A stretch of DNA of 61,718 bases, the filler included, from Squatina squatina (taxonomy: Eukaryota), in the NCBI GenBank assembly GCA_031763465.1. It is 4 parts of 4 records of this genome, joined end to end, with 100 filler letters (N's around TTAATTAATTAA, not from the genome) between each part and the next. Parts side by side here need not be neighbours in the genome. Positions count along the whole stretch, not along the records: positions 28,748 to 44,748 come from JARFOE010000120.1; positions 44,849 to 61,718 come from JARFOE010000073.1; 2 more parts are not named here. One strand, given 5' to 3'. This document shows positions 39,251-52,898 of the stretch, piece after piece (the first letter of the stretch is position 1; every line of letters begins with the position of its first letter). Both the position numbers and the translations under genes were made by a program. The notes below the pieces were generated by a model that was given only the letters and a program-made list of their open reading frames with translations, was not told where the DNA came from and searched no databases.

Positions 39251-39968
39251 TGGGTGCCCAATTGGTCCCTTAGTGCTAGCACTAAATGGGCACTAGGGGT
39301 CTAACGCCCGTTTCGGTTGCTAAATGGCTCCTTTGGACAATTGGAGTGGTGCCAGCGCAGGCACTAAATGGGTGCTGCAGTGCCGGAAATTCAGCGTCGG
39401 GCGCAAGATGGTGTCCATGACGTCATCAGTCGGCGGAGCACCCAAAATGGCTGCCTGACAATCAATTTGCCTGTGTTTCAGCAACTAAAAAGTAGCGGTG
39501 ACACCACCCAGTTTTTTGGGTGGTGACGCACTCCCTCCATTGATTTTTGACACTATTTAAAGGGGTAGGAGGGCTCGCCATGTTGTTTACTGAAATCGAA
39601 TTTTTGACGCTGGAATCGCGTTGCATGCATTTTTTGCGAGTCGGACACTGCATTTGCAACACTGAAATTTGCCTTTGAGTGAGCAGTTTACTGCTCACCT
39701 GATCGGAAAAAATCAGCCATGGGTGCTGCTCTAGAGGTGGACTGGGAACTCCACCGACATCACACGAGGTACCTCAGGCACAGGCGTCGGCTCCTTTTGG
39801 AGCAAAATGAGGGTAGGGAGGAGGCAGCACCAGCTCCTCATCATCACCATGCTCCACAACCCGTTGACTTGCCAGAGCCAGCTCAACCACTGGTGGCACA
39901 GGCCAGACCACTACAGCATCCTCCTAGAGAGCGCAGGGGAAGGGGACATCGAAGGCGGTGTGCTCACC
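39251..39968 (+). mobile_element. Harbinger-like DNA transposon 5' arm with start of an ORF
   Basis: Terminus TGGGTGCCCAATTGG, a palindromic GC-rich arm, and an ORF from 39719 (MGAALEVDWELHRHHTRYLRHRRRLLL...) running into a gap. Confidence 0.45.
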
Positions 39969-41803
39969 NNNNNNNNNNNNNNNNNNNNNNNNNNNNNNNN
40001 NNNNNNNNNNNNNNNNNNNNNNNNNNNNNNNNNNNNNNNNNNNNNNNNNNNNNNNNNNNNNNNNNNNNTCAGAGCACCATTGCCACCTGCTCCCCTCTCC
40101 GTCCCTCCCTTTCTCACTCCCTCTCTCCGCAGAACACTTAGCAGACACATGTCTATCATTAGGCAGAGATTAGGGGTGATGCCAGAGAATGTCTGTTTTC
40201 CTCTATAAACAACAACCAGCTAATGAAAACACATTCTGACCAATTGCACATTTCAAAATGGTGCATTCCCAGAATTTCATTACCAAGGCATTAATTACTG
40301 AAAAAAACAGGCACTCCTCCATTTTTGTGAAAAGAAGAATTTTACTCCTGAGAGGGACTGAGCCAGAACTGCTGCATAGCAAAGCAGGCAGATATGGAAA
40401 CATGAAAGTGTAATAAAGGCTCTAACAAAATCATTTCGAGTTATCTGATGTTTTTAATCCCTTAAGCAATACACTAGCCTCCACTCCCCAGCTCCCACAG
40501 TTGCAAGACTGCGATCAGAGAGTAACTCTGTGGGGAACTCAGTCATGAGCCTGAATCCAATCACCGTGGTACCACCCTGCTAAAATGGATGGTATTGCTT
40601 TGATCAGCCTGTGGTACCTGGATCGGCAGNNNNNNNNNNNNNNNNNNNNNNNNNNNNNNNNNNNNNNNNNNNNNNNNNNNNNNNNNNNNNNNNNNNNNNN
40701 NNNNNNNNNNNNNNNNNNNNNNNNNNNNNACCACTACCGAGGGGGAGGGGAAAGGAGCCACTGAGGGCCACATTTTCCCCGCTACCTTACCCCAAAAGCA
40801 GCTTATATAAGTAAAAGTAGCTGCTTCCCCTATCAGTCTGCCCAGCACCCACCTGAGAGTAATGAAAAAGACAGAGAGAAGCAGGAGAGAAGAGAGAAAC
40901 AAGCAAAGAGAAGAATGAAGGACAAAGAAACAGAGTGAAATGAGAGAGCGAGCTAGAAGCAGGGGAGGAGAGAACCAGCAACACAATGAACTCAGAGACA
41001 AGTCAGAAAGTGACCATATTCTCCGACTTACAGTGTACAATGCCGTAGGAGATCAACTAGTTTATTTAAAAAGGAACCAGAGCTCCTACACAATTGGTAG
41101 CAAAGCCGGTGTGACTGTAATATTGACATGTTACCGAGTGAGCAATCTTCGATTGAATTTTCTTTAAGTCTAGATGATGAATGCAAAATTCTTATTTTTC
41201 CAAATCCGTTTACTCTAGCAATGGCTTCAATATGTTGAGACTGGCAAAACTTATTTTATGAAGACTTCCAGCAATTTTTGCTGCGAAGGTCACCAGCAAA
41301 GTATCCTATGGCTCTACGTGACTTCAAAGGCATTTCAAAAGCTGATGATTCTTAAACTTGTCATAAATATAAGGATCTTACATGTACTAGTTACTGTCAT
41401 CAATCCAGAATTTATATAAACAGTCCACGTATTTCCGACTTAATCATCCTTCAATACAGAAAAAAGCATCATGTGGAGTCTTTTTACATTAGAAGTTTGA
41501 TTTGCATTTCTTTAAAAGAGCAGTTATGTTGAAGAATCTCACTTTTCCCGAACTGTTCAAAGTAATTAATGTAATACACCATCAAAATAAATAATAAATA
41601 ATGGCCCACGGCTTGTACCCTTGTTGTTCCTTTGGCTCTGCATTTCAAAGTTTAGGCCCCAGTGGGTGGGGTGAGTGAAAGGCAGGCCCTCCTGAGGAGA
41701 AATNNNNNNNNNNNNNNNNNNNNNNNNNNNNNNNNNNNNNNNNNNNNNNNNNNNNNNNNNNNNNNNNNNNNNNNNNNNNNNNNNNNNNNNNNNNNNNNNN
41801 NNN

Positions 41804-41938
41804 GGGATCAGGGGGTATGGAGAGAAAGCAGGTACGGGGTACTGATTGAAAGATCAGCCATGATCGTGTTGAATGGCGGTTCAGGCTCGAAGGGCCGAAT
41901 GGCCTATTCCTGCACCTATTTTCTATGTTTCTATGATT
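41804..41938 (+). mobile_element. CR1-clade LINE 3' end
   Basis: ggctcgaagggccgaatggcctattcctgcacctattttctatgtttctatg. Confidence 0.75.
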
Positions 41939-43479
41939 CACGCTCCCTGAAATTGGGCTTTCCTCAAGTGTTTACCTGTGATCTGTTTTTGTATAAGATG
42001 TAACAAAAATTCTATGTGAAGGTGGAAATAAGTTAAGCTTGAAATGAATGCCTAACTATGCACGGCAAAATAAGAATCTGCATGAATCTCAGTGGTATAT
42101 TTGGCACAACAAACACACCTTTTCATTGAAGCAAAAACAAAACTCCTCTGTATCACGTCTTAGGAAATGAAGTACTCCCCAAGAATTTCTGCCCTATCTG
42201 TGACCCATTTGAAGAACTAGAAGGCTTGTCTGTGAATGGAATATGAGATTGTGTACATTCAAGTGACCTCTTGAAAACTTTCTGAAAAGCCGAGAGCTTT
42301 GCAGTGAGTGAGTGAGAGTGAGAGGCGAACTCCTGCCGAGGGAGTTGATGAATAATCTGCAGGCCACAAGCTGAGCCCTGAGCTCAGAGCTGCCGGTGTA
42401 CAGCACTTACACTAATCAAACAGTGTGAAACATCCATTTTAATCGCAAATGAGGGGGGTTTCTCAAAGAAGAACCAAAGGGAGAGGAGCAGTTCAAAGCC
42501 TAAGAAACTTTCTGTATATTAAGCTAGAAATAAGGATTATTATCTGTGGTAGCTCATACCACAAAGAGTTCTGATATTAGAAGGGAAGGCAACATAATTA
42601 AAGACTTCCTTCAAAAACAAAAGTTATGTTGACTAATTTCAACGGTATGAGGAAATATAAATGAATCTTCGTGTGGCTGTAAACATAGCAGCTTAATGGC
42701 CATAATTTTACCTTTTGGAATTCAAATTTCTTTTGCATTTATAGCATTTTTTTCTACATAAGATTAACCCCGTGTTGAGAATAAGTGTCAAACCGAATTC
42801 CAAGTGCAAAGTGGTTTAAATGCGACTGTTCGTTTAAGAAAAGGTTTGGGCCATTTTAGTTTAGATGCCTCAAAAGTGCTCCATTGTGTGAAACTTTATA
42901 CTGAGCTCACATTGTTGATTGGTCTATGCTAACTAAATGACCCCTTGGGCAAATTAGATCACCGGGGGAAAAGAAATGTTAACCTGTTTTCAGCCACCAT
43001 GATAATTCCCTCCTTCACACATCTGTTGGACTGTGTACCAGGACTGGCAATGTTTTTGTGGTGCTGGTCTGCAGTCCTGGGGGTGTGGGAAGTTGGTACA
43101 CAGATTCAGTGCCACTTCCCTCCAGACAGCACGAGTTATATTCCTGGCACGTTTGGAGGCACCCAGCAGCTTCTACCTCAATGTTCCTCACAAGTCTCTT
43201 TGTCCCTACTTGGTTTAAGTGTAACCCATCTCTCCTGTACTAGTCCTCTTTATTCTAGAGGGATTTCCAGTTATTTATGAAGGTAACAATGTTGTTCTTA
43301 TGCCATGCTGCCAGCCACTTGTTTATCTCCTCAATTCTCTTTGGTGAATTCACCTTTTCCAAAGTTACAACATTAACTAATCTGGGTAGAGGTCACTAAT
43401 GCTGGAAAAAAATTAAAGCCAACCCTAGGGATATGCTATAGTATAGAACACCTGGTCAACATAAGGAGGAGGAGAATTT

Positions 43480-44748
43480 GTCATCAAAGAGAGTAAGAAC
43501 AGAAAGTTGTCTTAGTGGAAGACTTCAATCAACCAAATACTAACAGGAAAAACTGAAGTTGTTTAGAGTCAAAGTTGGAAGGTGTAGTGGATGACTGCTT
43601 CTTGACCTAGTGTCAAGGAAACCATGAGAGGAAATGCCTATTTGATCTGGTACTTTTCAATGACCCAAGAAATGGAAGTTGTAGCGTCCCTCAGAGTCAG
43701 CAATCACAAAATAATAAAGTGTAACATGATCTGCGAGTCAGAACTATCTACAGCCAGAAGCCAAAATGTTAAACGGGCATAATTCAATGAAATGAGGAAA
43801 CAACCAAAACCAATACATCGGGAAAGATTGTTCAGTAGAATGCAAGTGGAACACCTTCAAAGGTATATTGCTGAACATGCAAGATAAATACATGCTCAAA
43901 ACCAACAAGTTCTGACAAAGCAAGCATGACCCTAAATGGATTTTTTTTTTAATTAATAGTGAGATAAAGAGAAAAAATGACATCTATAAATCCTGCACAA
44001 AGAAAGGAGAAGGGGGTACTGGGATGAATACAAGAAATTGCATAAATGTTAAAAAGTTAATTAGAAAGGCAAAGAGAAATCTGGAGGGAAAAAAAATCAT
44101 AGCAGCTAAGGCTAAGCATAACAGCAAAAAGATATTTCAATACCACAACAGCAAGAGGACAATCAGAGAAGAGGTAAAAACCCATAAAATGGGCTTGAAA
44201 TTAAAGTTGAGCACAAAATAGTAAATATTCTGAATGAATACTTCCACCAAATATTCATCAAACAAAGATAAGCCATGGCTTTGTTATAAATGAGATGGCT
44301 GTTCTAATTGGGCTCAAAATAAATAAATCCATTGGGATAAATGCTATTTATCTCAGAGTGCTGAAAGGGACAAGGGAAGAAATTTATGAAGCACTGACAA
44401 TTGCTGTAATGGAGTCATTAGACATAGAGGAGGTACGAGAAGACCGGAAACAAGCTAATGCAGTGCCCATGTTCAAAAAGGGTGACAAAATGGACACAGG
44501 CAGCTACAGTCGCATTTGTCTTCCATTCCATGTAAACGAAATTGATTATCCGGAGTAAACTTGAGGATCATCTGTACAACAAACAGTTAACAGCAGTCAG
44601 CATGTATTCAGAAGGAGAAGATCTTAGCTGACCAACGTTTTCAACTTCTCTGAGGAAGTGACAAACCAAGTGGACTGTGGTAAGCCCTGTGTACCTTGAC
44701 TTCCAAAAGGCTTTTGACAAAGTTCCATACAAAAGGCTATTAATTAAA
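43480..44748 (+). mobile_element. CR1-clade LINE ORF2 (endonuclease-RT), decayed
   Basis: Remnants of EDFN, KKLIRKAKR, IYLRVLK, ANAVPMFKKG and YLDFQKAFDKVP, with stops and frameshifts. Confidence 0.75.
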
Positions 44749-44848
44749 NNNNNNNNNNNNNNNNNNNNNNNNNNNNNNNNNNNNNNNNNNNNTTAATTAA
44801 TTAANNNNNNNNNNNNNNNNNNNNNNNNNNNNNNNNNNNNNNNNNNNN
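44749..44848. other. Artificial scaffold spacer (N44-TTAATTAATTAA-N44)
   Basis: 12-mer at 44793-44804. Confidence 0.95.
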
Positions 44849-45289
44849 GCTCAGCAATTGGCTAAATTAACTTTTAGCGGTGAGGCTGCAATGCACACCA
44901 GCAGCTGATTTGAACGTCAGGGAGGTCCAACTTAACTTTCAATTGAAGCCCACTTCCTGCGCTCTATATAGCGTTGGAAATCATTAGATCAAGCACGTCA
45001 ACGTCCAAAAAACAGGGCGTTGGCACCGCTACTTATAAGTGTCACCAGCCTTGACTAATTCAGCTGCGGGCGGCCATTTTGGGCGTTGCGCCCAGTCATG
45101 ACATCATCGAGATCACCTAATGCTAAAATGAACGTTTCCAGACATACAAGGTTTGTGCCTGTTTAGCGCCATATTTTTGGGGACCTAAATTTTCCTCTGC
45201 TGAATTTAACACCCTAAATCACTGTTAAGCACTTAACGCTGATTTAGCGCTAATCTATCGCCAAAAATACCCCCTGAATTGGGCACCCA
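44849..45289. mobile_element. GC-rich TIR element arm
   Basis: Ends in AATTGGGCACCCA, the reverse complement of the 39251 terminus. Confidence 0.5.
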
Positions 45290-45450
45290 TTTTTGGAAGG
45301 GAGGGATGTAGATTTGAACCTTCAACCCATCACTCTATTTGATAGTGCACATCGGTGCTCCAGAATTCTGTACTGATTCTACGTGGCTGACGATCCTAAA
45401 AGGGAGCCGCATTCTGTACCAATTTAAAACCAAATCCCAGATAGCCTTAC

Positions 45451-45612
45451 CTGACTTTCGCAGTCCAGCAGTCTAATGGTTTTGTCATTCACCTGCAGCA
45501 GCATCTCCTGAGTCCACACCTTGCTTTTCGAGTCCAGCTGCAATAGTTTCTTGATGCCATCATCTACTGTCACAATGGACTCGCTCTTGTCCATTGCAAA
45601 TGTGGCAAGATG
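45451..45612 (-). CDS. EPS8L2: EPS8-like protein 2, PTB-domain exon
   Basis: Acceptor tgctgcttccag| and donor |gtaagg. The 162 nt give [54 protein letters not shown], closer to recalled EPS8L2 ([25 protein letters not shown]) than to EPS8. Confidence 0.88.
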
Positions 45613-45756
45613 CTGGAAGCAGCAACAAACAATAGATCTAGATGAAAAGGACTCTGCCTTGTAGCTTGTCTTACAAATCAACCAAATGTGGCTAAATTAA
45701 TTCATTGAGAACCTGCAGCATTTTGCCCTTCTCCCGCTTTTTAAGATAATAGACTA

Positions 45757-45914
45757 GGGGGCCGAAATTGGTCTCTTTTAATGTCCCATTAGCGCCCCTG
45801 AGAGGCGCTAATGGGGCATTATTAAACAAAATGGAGTCTGAAGGCAGCCACAACGCCCTTGCCACTCTGTTTGTGTCCCACGGGGAAATATGCCTGTGGG
45901 AGGTTGCGCAGGAA
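45757..45914 (+). mobile_element. TIR element terminus with 12-bp internal hairpin
   Basis: Starts GGGGGCCGAAATTGG; hairpin CCCATTAGCGCC-N7-GGCGCTAATGGG at 45785-45815. Confidence 0.6.
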
Positions 45915-48900
45915 NNNNNNNNNNNNNNNNNNNNNNNNNNNNNNNNNNNNNNNNNNNNNNNNNNNNNNNNNNNNNNNNNNNNNNNNNNNNNNNNNNNNNN
46001 NNNNNNNNNNNNNNGTTGGATGTATCATATGCCATCACGTGATCCTCACCTCTTTGAAGCAGACTGGATATACACTCCTACTAGATGGAGACTCAGGAAT
46101 TGATCCAACAAGTGGTTTATTTACATAAAACAGACGAATGAACAGTAAACAGTATAGCACCGTGGAATATATATTTCTTTACCCTCCTTGATATATAACA
46201 ACAGATGTACCACTCGCTTTCTGTCTAAACAGATTTTAAACAGAACATTAAATACTACAGCCTCAACTTAGACTAATTTGTACTAAACAGCACAAAACTT
46301 CATAAAACACAAAGCTGTTGGCGTAAACTCATAACCTGACTGCAGGCTGACTCCTCGGTAAAACAAGCATTCTACAGAAATGCAATCTGACCTCCCTTGA
46401 AGTATACAGAAACAAAAGGCAAAAGACGGCTGTCTCTCTCACAATTAATTCATCAATATTAAATGCATATTTGACCTTTAATAATGGAAAAGATACTTGT
46501 GAGTTCAAATATATTTTGTTGCTGGTCAGCCAAACAGTCCACACTTCAGACAACCAACCCATTGGGGCAAATTTTAACTCCAGGCATGGAACAGGAAATG
46601 GAGCCCAAGCCGGCCAGCAGGCAGGTAGGTCCATGGGGTGGTGGGTGAAAACTGATCATAGAGGGGTGGGGAGCCCGGGGCAACAGCAGCCCACAGTATT
46701 CCTGTGGAGCCATGACCAGCACTCCTGCTCCCCCTGACCCCACAAAAATAATTCTCAACTTTCCTTTTCGGGCCTTTTCTGCTTCAGCATCGAGTACAAC
46801 TGAGCAGTGCCTGCATGGTGCAGACTCCGAGTGCCGAGTTGTCCCTCCAAGTTGCACTGGGGTCCAATGCCTGGGCCGTCAGGTGCAAGTCCCTGGGAAA
46901 TGAGGGACAGTAAAATGGATCTATTTGCTGTTGCTCTTGCCAAGTTTGCCATAAAACCTGTGATGCACTTTATCATCGATTCTCTTCCCATTTTCTTTCT
47001 TAAAATCATCAGCTCCTTAATTAGTTACATTACTTTGCTGAAGTGGTTATTCTTTGAATGTGAATCTAGACATTCACTATGGACAAGGCATTCAACTGTG
47101 GGGGACTTCACAGTGGAGCCCAATCCTGCCTTCATACAATGGCTACATGTGCACTTTCCAGCAAGACTCACTGGATATTGATTTGGAGCAGGAACCAATG
47201 TTCCTTCTAAGTTGCGAGTCTGGGCAGCGCTCAAGTCCCGTGCAGCCGGTGAACCGGCTTTTAAATTGGAAAAAAAACACGCAAGCGTGGAATTTTGAAT
47301 GAGCCGCATGGCCTGTTAAAGGGGCCATACAGCACCTCACAGCCATCTTTGTGACCTTTCAGAATGAAGCTGTTAGTTTACTACTCAACTATAATCAGTT
47401 TTGTGCTGTGGTCTCACACTCACTAAAGCTGCCCTGGAATTATTTCCATCTGAACTCTTACAAGTGAATTTGAACTCTAGCTGCAGAGCTAAAAGCAATA
47501 GTCTAGAAATAATTCACATGAATGTATGAATGCTTCATATGTTTGTATAACATTTCTGCCATTTTAACATTGACATTAACCCATTTCAAAATAAATAGAT
47601 TTAACATCTCCATTAAATTAACATGCAGAAGAATATCATATGAAAGTGTTAAGTGTATGCACTCTAAATTCACAAGTTATTTTTAGGCTAGTTTCCCCAT
47701 CCATTGCATCACTCAGTTCCCAAATGTAAATGTGTTTAACTGCTAATGGATTGGTCTCATTTCTTAAACCAAACCTACATTTAGATTTGAACGAAGTGTA
47801 CGCCAGACTGCAGCAAGGTATATTTCTTTCGAGGTTGCGAGCTTAATTTTCTCTTTGAACAAAGAATGAGTTTTTGGATCAGTGAAAACACTCACCATAT
47901 AGAGCTTTTGCACTCATCTTGCCTTCAGATCCTGACATCCTGCTGCAAAACAGAACAATGGAAAATTAATCATATNNNNNNNNNNNNNNNNNNNNNNNNN
48001 NNNNNNNNNNNNNNNNNNNNNNNNNNNNNNNNNNNNNNNNNNNNNNNNNNNNNNNNNNNNNNNNNNNNNNNNNNNTTCATTCCCTCACTCACACTTAAGA
48101 ACCCAAATAGAGTCATGTGGGGAGGGAGGGAGATATAAGTAGTTCAGATGAGACATGGGCACCTGGTGCTGCGTAACATACAAGGAAGCCAAAACAAACT
48201 ACAGTGGAAGTGGAGAAGAAATGTCATCGCTTGGCTGAAAATAATTTGAACAATGATCTCAGGCGTCCTGCCATGGAAAGAAGAATGCCATAAGAGCATC
48301 AAACTCTTATGAAGGCAAAGCATTTGCCCCATATCAGATAGCTTGCATAATATGATCTCCCAGGGACTAGGGGTCATTTTTTGACTCCGTAAACCCTGTT
48401 TTCCCACAGATCAGTGGTCAACCAATATCCTGATTCCACAACTAGTGCTACAGCAGGAGATGACTCCACTTCTGCCCTCCCTCAGGACAGCAGCACCAGA
48501 CAGTTCTATGCTTTGTTGCCTCAGATGCCTTCACAAGGAGAAGAAACAGAATGCAGTTTAGTTCTTGATCTTTGTTGGCCTGTTAAGCTCTGATGCAGAG
48601 TACTGAGACTCGTGGAGGATACATTTATGTTACTGGAACAAGGAGCATTAATTCAATGGAAGATTCCTAAACATACACCTTCCTGGGTATATGATGGCAT
48701 CAGTGGCCTGCAGGCTGGGTCATCTACATTCATGAGTGTAGCTGACAGCAAGAGAACCATCTTTCATCAGTTGTAGTTCTATTATAAAAGCATCAGAATG
48801 TCATAAGCACAACATCCAGTTTGCTTCCCGAGTACAATTGGAAAGAATTATAAAACCGTAATGTTAATCGGACAGTTTTGGAGGACAGTTTCGAACTGCA

Positions 48901-50299
48901 CAAGATGCGTTCCTCATTGTTTATGACATAATTTGAGCTCAATTATCTGCACAGCCTTGGAACCACTCCCTGCGACCCACAATTGTTTAAACGGGGTTGG
49001 GTGACTATAGCAACAAGAATTATATAACTCTAATATATTGAACTGTACTCATGTCCTACAACACTTCAATTGAGTTCTTCTTTCTTGTACAAATATTGAC
49101 TGCTGTTAACCACCAAAGTGGCAAGCCATTACAATGGGACTTTGTGTTGGGCATTTGCATTCAGCTGCACTGCACAATTCTGCTGCTATCAGCTGGACTT
49201 GTAAACATAAATGATCTGTTGTTCCAACAGCAGTGAAGACTCACATGGATGCTATTAGCAATTTTCAGGAGCTCAGTTTAAAAGCAAAAATGCAGAGCTG
49301 AATTCCCATCCTTGCAGCACGGGTCATTAGGTGTCAGCTGTGGCTAGTGGGTAGTTAGAAGGTTGTGGGTCCATAATCCCACTTATAGACTTTGGTACNN
49401 NNNNNNNNNNNNNNNNNNNNNNNNNNNNNNNNNNNNNNNNNNNNNNNNNNNNNNNNNNNNNNNNNNNNNNNNNNNNNNNNNNNNNNNNNNNNNNNNNNGA
49501 ATCAAATAAAGGAACAAATTTTTATTTGCTTTGTGTCTAGGGAACACTTATTTCCTGGGTGCAAAGCAGGAAAAAGGGGTAGAGACCAGTGATGCTGATT
49601 TTACTCTTCCTTTGCGCTCCTTGTGTACTTCTTGGGGTTTCTCTGAGGAGGGACATTCAGGTGCAAGCATTGTAATAATATGGTAATGAGGTGGAGTGGC
49701 ATTAGCATGGCTCCTGCCTATTTTTCCTGGGTTTTCATGTGGCAGAAGCCCAAATGTAGGAGTACCAGCCGATAGTGGACTCAACTGATTGCACCCAGCC
49801 CCCATCAGACAGAAGTATCTGAGAACAGGCTTCAGAAGTCAAAAGAAGGTAGGTTCCAGGCATCAGAGGTGGAAGCCTTCAGGATACTCTATTTGGACTG
49901 CAGTGTAAAGGTACTGAAGTCAATGACCAAAACTGCTGCTGAAGGCCCCTCAGGCTTGCATCAGTGGTTAACCTTCCTCCCCCGTTTCCAGGTGCAACCC
50001 CCTATCAGGGAGTATTCTTGCACTGGTGATGCATCAGGCCTTAGCGATTATCTATACTTCTGACTACAGGTAGGTTCAGGTCAAGTTAGCTAGAGAACTT
50101 TTTGGGTGTACTCCTTCTGACTTGTATCTAAGTTTGGGGAGAGGGGTTGTTGGGGGGTGGTGGTGGTTGGTGGCGGTGTGGTGGGGGGGTGGTGGTGGTG
50201 CAGGTTGGGGAAGAGAGAAAGAGAATCAGCCCCTATATCTCAAAAATTAACATTCTCCTTGGGGTTGTGCCCCAGACCTACTAGGAAACAAATCTTATG

Positions 50300-50610
50300 T
50301 AGTGCTGAGCCATAAAGATCAGAAAGATCTTAGGTTGTATCCCTGATTTGTGCTGTAATCCAGTCTCAGCTAGCGTGATGCTGGGGGCAGTACATTTGTC
50401 CTCAGTGTTCCTGTATACAGGGGAGTGGGGGAAAATCAACCAGAATTCCTACTCCAGTTTCTGCCTCTAACTGCAATCCCCATGCTGTTCAAAGTGCATG
50501 CATGTGGGAGATTGGGTGCAGGTATGATTGGGTGCAGTAGTGGACTGCTGCAAATGCCTATGGAACTGTACCTCAGCATGACCAACCATCTTCAGAAGAG
50601 GGAAGAGGAA
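50300..50610 (+). mobile_element. Old tRNA-type SINE (AmnSINE2-like)
   Basis: gtctcagctag..ggggcagtaca..cctcagtgttcctg..ggggaaaatcaaccagaattcctactcc resembles the recalled AmnSINE2 core. Confidence 0.35.
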
Positions 50611-50685
50611 TATTGAAGAAAATTGTGTAAGTGGAGATGAATAGCTTGAAATATTTAACATAACTTTTCACACTTTTGTCTTTAG

Positions 50686-50839
50686 GCAGCTTTTACAAGA
50701 TAATTATCTCTCAACAACCAAGAAGCACTTTACGCCCTATGGCCTTCCGGATGGCAAAGAAGATTTTCCTCACAAATTACATTCTGTAGGCAGTGGATTT
50801 GTGCGGACAAAGCCACTGAACTTCACATTCCTCAAAGAT
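50686..50839 (+). CDS. PPP1R32: PPP1R32 (SAXO4/IIIG9) coding exon
   Basis: Acceptor cttttgtctttag| and donor |gtaag. The 154 nt give QLLQDNYLSTTKKHFTPYGLPDGKEDFPHKLHSVGSGFVRTKPLNFTFLKD, collinear with recalled human ..QDHFQS..VPDGKHPLP..SSGYGREKP.. Confidence 0.8.
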
Positions 50840-51443
50840 GTAAGAAAACGTTCAATAGACCTAAAGTTACAAAAGCTGTGGGGCCTGGTTGTGTAATGGG
50901 TNNNNNNNNNNNNNNNNNNNNNNNNNNNNNNNNNNNNNNNNNNNNNNNNNNNNNNNNNNNNNNNNNNNNNNNNNNNNNNNNNNNNNNNNNNNNNNNNNNN
51001 NTAACGGGAGACAAATTTCGCTCCAAAATGCTTAACGCTATAAGTCAGCGATAAGCACTTTGCGCCCATTTAACGCCATTTTAACGCTAAAAGAAAACCA
51101 CGAATTGGGCGCCCAAATGCCAAAAATAAATCACCCTGTCATCAACTTACCAGAGGTAAAAAAAAAAGTTCAAATTCACATTTTGAGATTGAGGTTTTGA
51201 ATGAATCCATCTCACCAATTCTCCTGTTTCATATCCTTGTTTTTGCTTTTGGTGGAAGCATTTTATAAGTGGGATTGTCAGTATTTTTAAGGAGTAATTT
51301 TATTTTTGAAAATCATTTATATTGGCCTATACCTCATGGACCAATGGTGACAGGAATAGAAAGCTGATGTGACATAAATTAAAGAATGTGTGTCACATTT
51401 TAACTCTCTTGTTAATGTTTTTCTTGTCACATCCATCATGCAG

Positions 51444-51572
51444 ATGAAAGAAGTCCATATTGACACAAGAGACCACGGACCATCTTCCATCACGGGAATT
51501 GAACCCAAGCACAAACCATTACTGCATCAAATTCAACCACATGATCCAGTGATGCTGGAGAATGGAGGCTAT
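51444..51572 (+). CDS. PPP1R32: PPP1R32 (SAXO4/IIIG9) coding exon
   Basis: Acceptor catgcag| and donor |gtaagt. The 129 nt give MKEVHIDTRDHGPSSITGIEPKHKPLLHQIQPHDPVMLENGGY (recalled human VRKVHFDTQEHGPQAITGLEPREVPLLHQQQGQDPLEREN). Confidence 0.85.
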
Positions 51573-52109
51573 GTAAGTGCATTATGTCATTGTTGGTGGT
51601 TGCACATTTACCATTTATTGAATTTAAATAATTTCTTTACTGACTGTTCTCAAAATAAAGTCGCCAAATCTGGGTGAATAACCATTTGTTGTCCAATAAC
51701 AAATGTTACTTTTTCATTCACGAGTGCTGAAATCTTTACCAGCCATGTCAAGTGGCCATGGCCCATTATCATGCCCATTTCAGAATACCTGTCATGTCTA
51801 TTCAAGCTTCATCCCTCAGCTTAAAAGTTAATAACTTCTCAACTAGCCAAGGCCACATNNNNNNNNNNNNNNNNNNNNNNNNNNNNNNNNNNNNNNNNNN
51901 NNNNNNNNNNNNNNNNNNNNNNNNNNNNNNNNNNNNNNNNNNNNNNNNNNNNNNNNNNAGAAAGGGCTAAATACTGTGAAGGAACTAAGGGGGAGTGCAT
52001 TTATGGTGGAAAATCAGCGGAAACAACTTCTGTCAGATTTCCCTGCCATAAAAATGTATTTGCCTCGGTTACGCAGGAGAGATATTCCAAAGATTCACCC
52101 CCGACAGGC

Positions 52110-52515
52110 TTTAGTTATGACGAAAGTTGAGAGAAACTGATACTCTTTTCATTAGAACAAGGAGGATTAAGAAGAAAGCTGATAAAGGTATTTGAAATTA
52201 TGAGGGCTAGTGATGTAGTAAGTTGAAAGAAACTGTTTCCAACTGGTTGGTGAGTCAGTAATGAGGGTATAAAGTTATGATTAACACCAAAGGGAAAGGT
52301 TTGGAGAATTCTTTTATGCAGCTAATTGTTAGGATAGTGGTGGAAGCAAAATCCATAATAGGTTTTGAAAAGGAAGCACTTACATTTTTGAAAGAGAAAA
52401 ATCTAAAAGTGTATGGGGCAATGGCAGGGAGTTAATTCTAAGTGGAGAGGTCTTTCAGAGAACCAGTGCAATGGGTCGATTAGTCTCTTTATGTGCTGTA
52501 AAATACTCTGGTTCT
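52110..52515 (+). mobile_element. CR1 3' fragment, decayed
   Basis: Remnants of LFSLEQGGLR..LIKVFEIM, with a ctctggttctat tail. Confidence 0.55.
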
Positions 52516-52898
52516 ATAACAGCACCACTGCCGGTGCTCCTCACTGCTGAAATGGTGGATCAAAGAAAAAGTTGCAAGTAAAATTGTGGTGGATTTGAGC
52601 AAGCACAATGAGAGAATTATTAAAATGTGTGCTTTGAGGATCCTAAACCAGACGCCACTGTGAATGTCATTATGAATTATTTTGTCTTCTTTTGTCACTC
52701 ATCTTTTGTATTACTATTTGTGTTTCATCAGTAGATTATTGCATATGGTTACAAACTTCTTGACATCCCGGGGTATTCACCAACATTTTCTCGAGAGCNN
52801 NNNNNNNNNNNNNNNNNNNNNNNNNNNNNNNNNNNNNNNNNNNNNNNNNNNNNNNNNNNNNNNNNNNNNNNNNNNNNNNNNNNNNNNNNNNNNNNNNN

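Noticed and set aside
40791-40852. Minus-strand 62-nt exon-like segment after a long pyrimidine tract
   Set aside because: No recognisable peptide; the tract is simple-sequence and the segment abuts a repeat and a gap.
50140-50210. (GGT)n G-rich tract as a functional G-quadruplex
   Set aside because: A common degenerate microsatellite with no further support.
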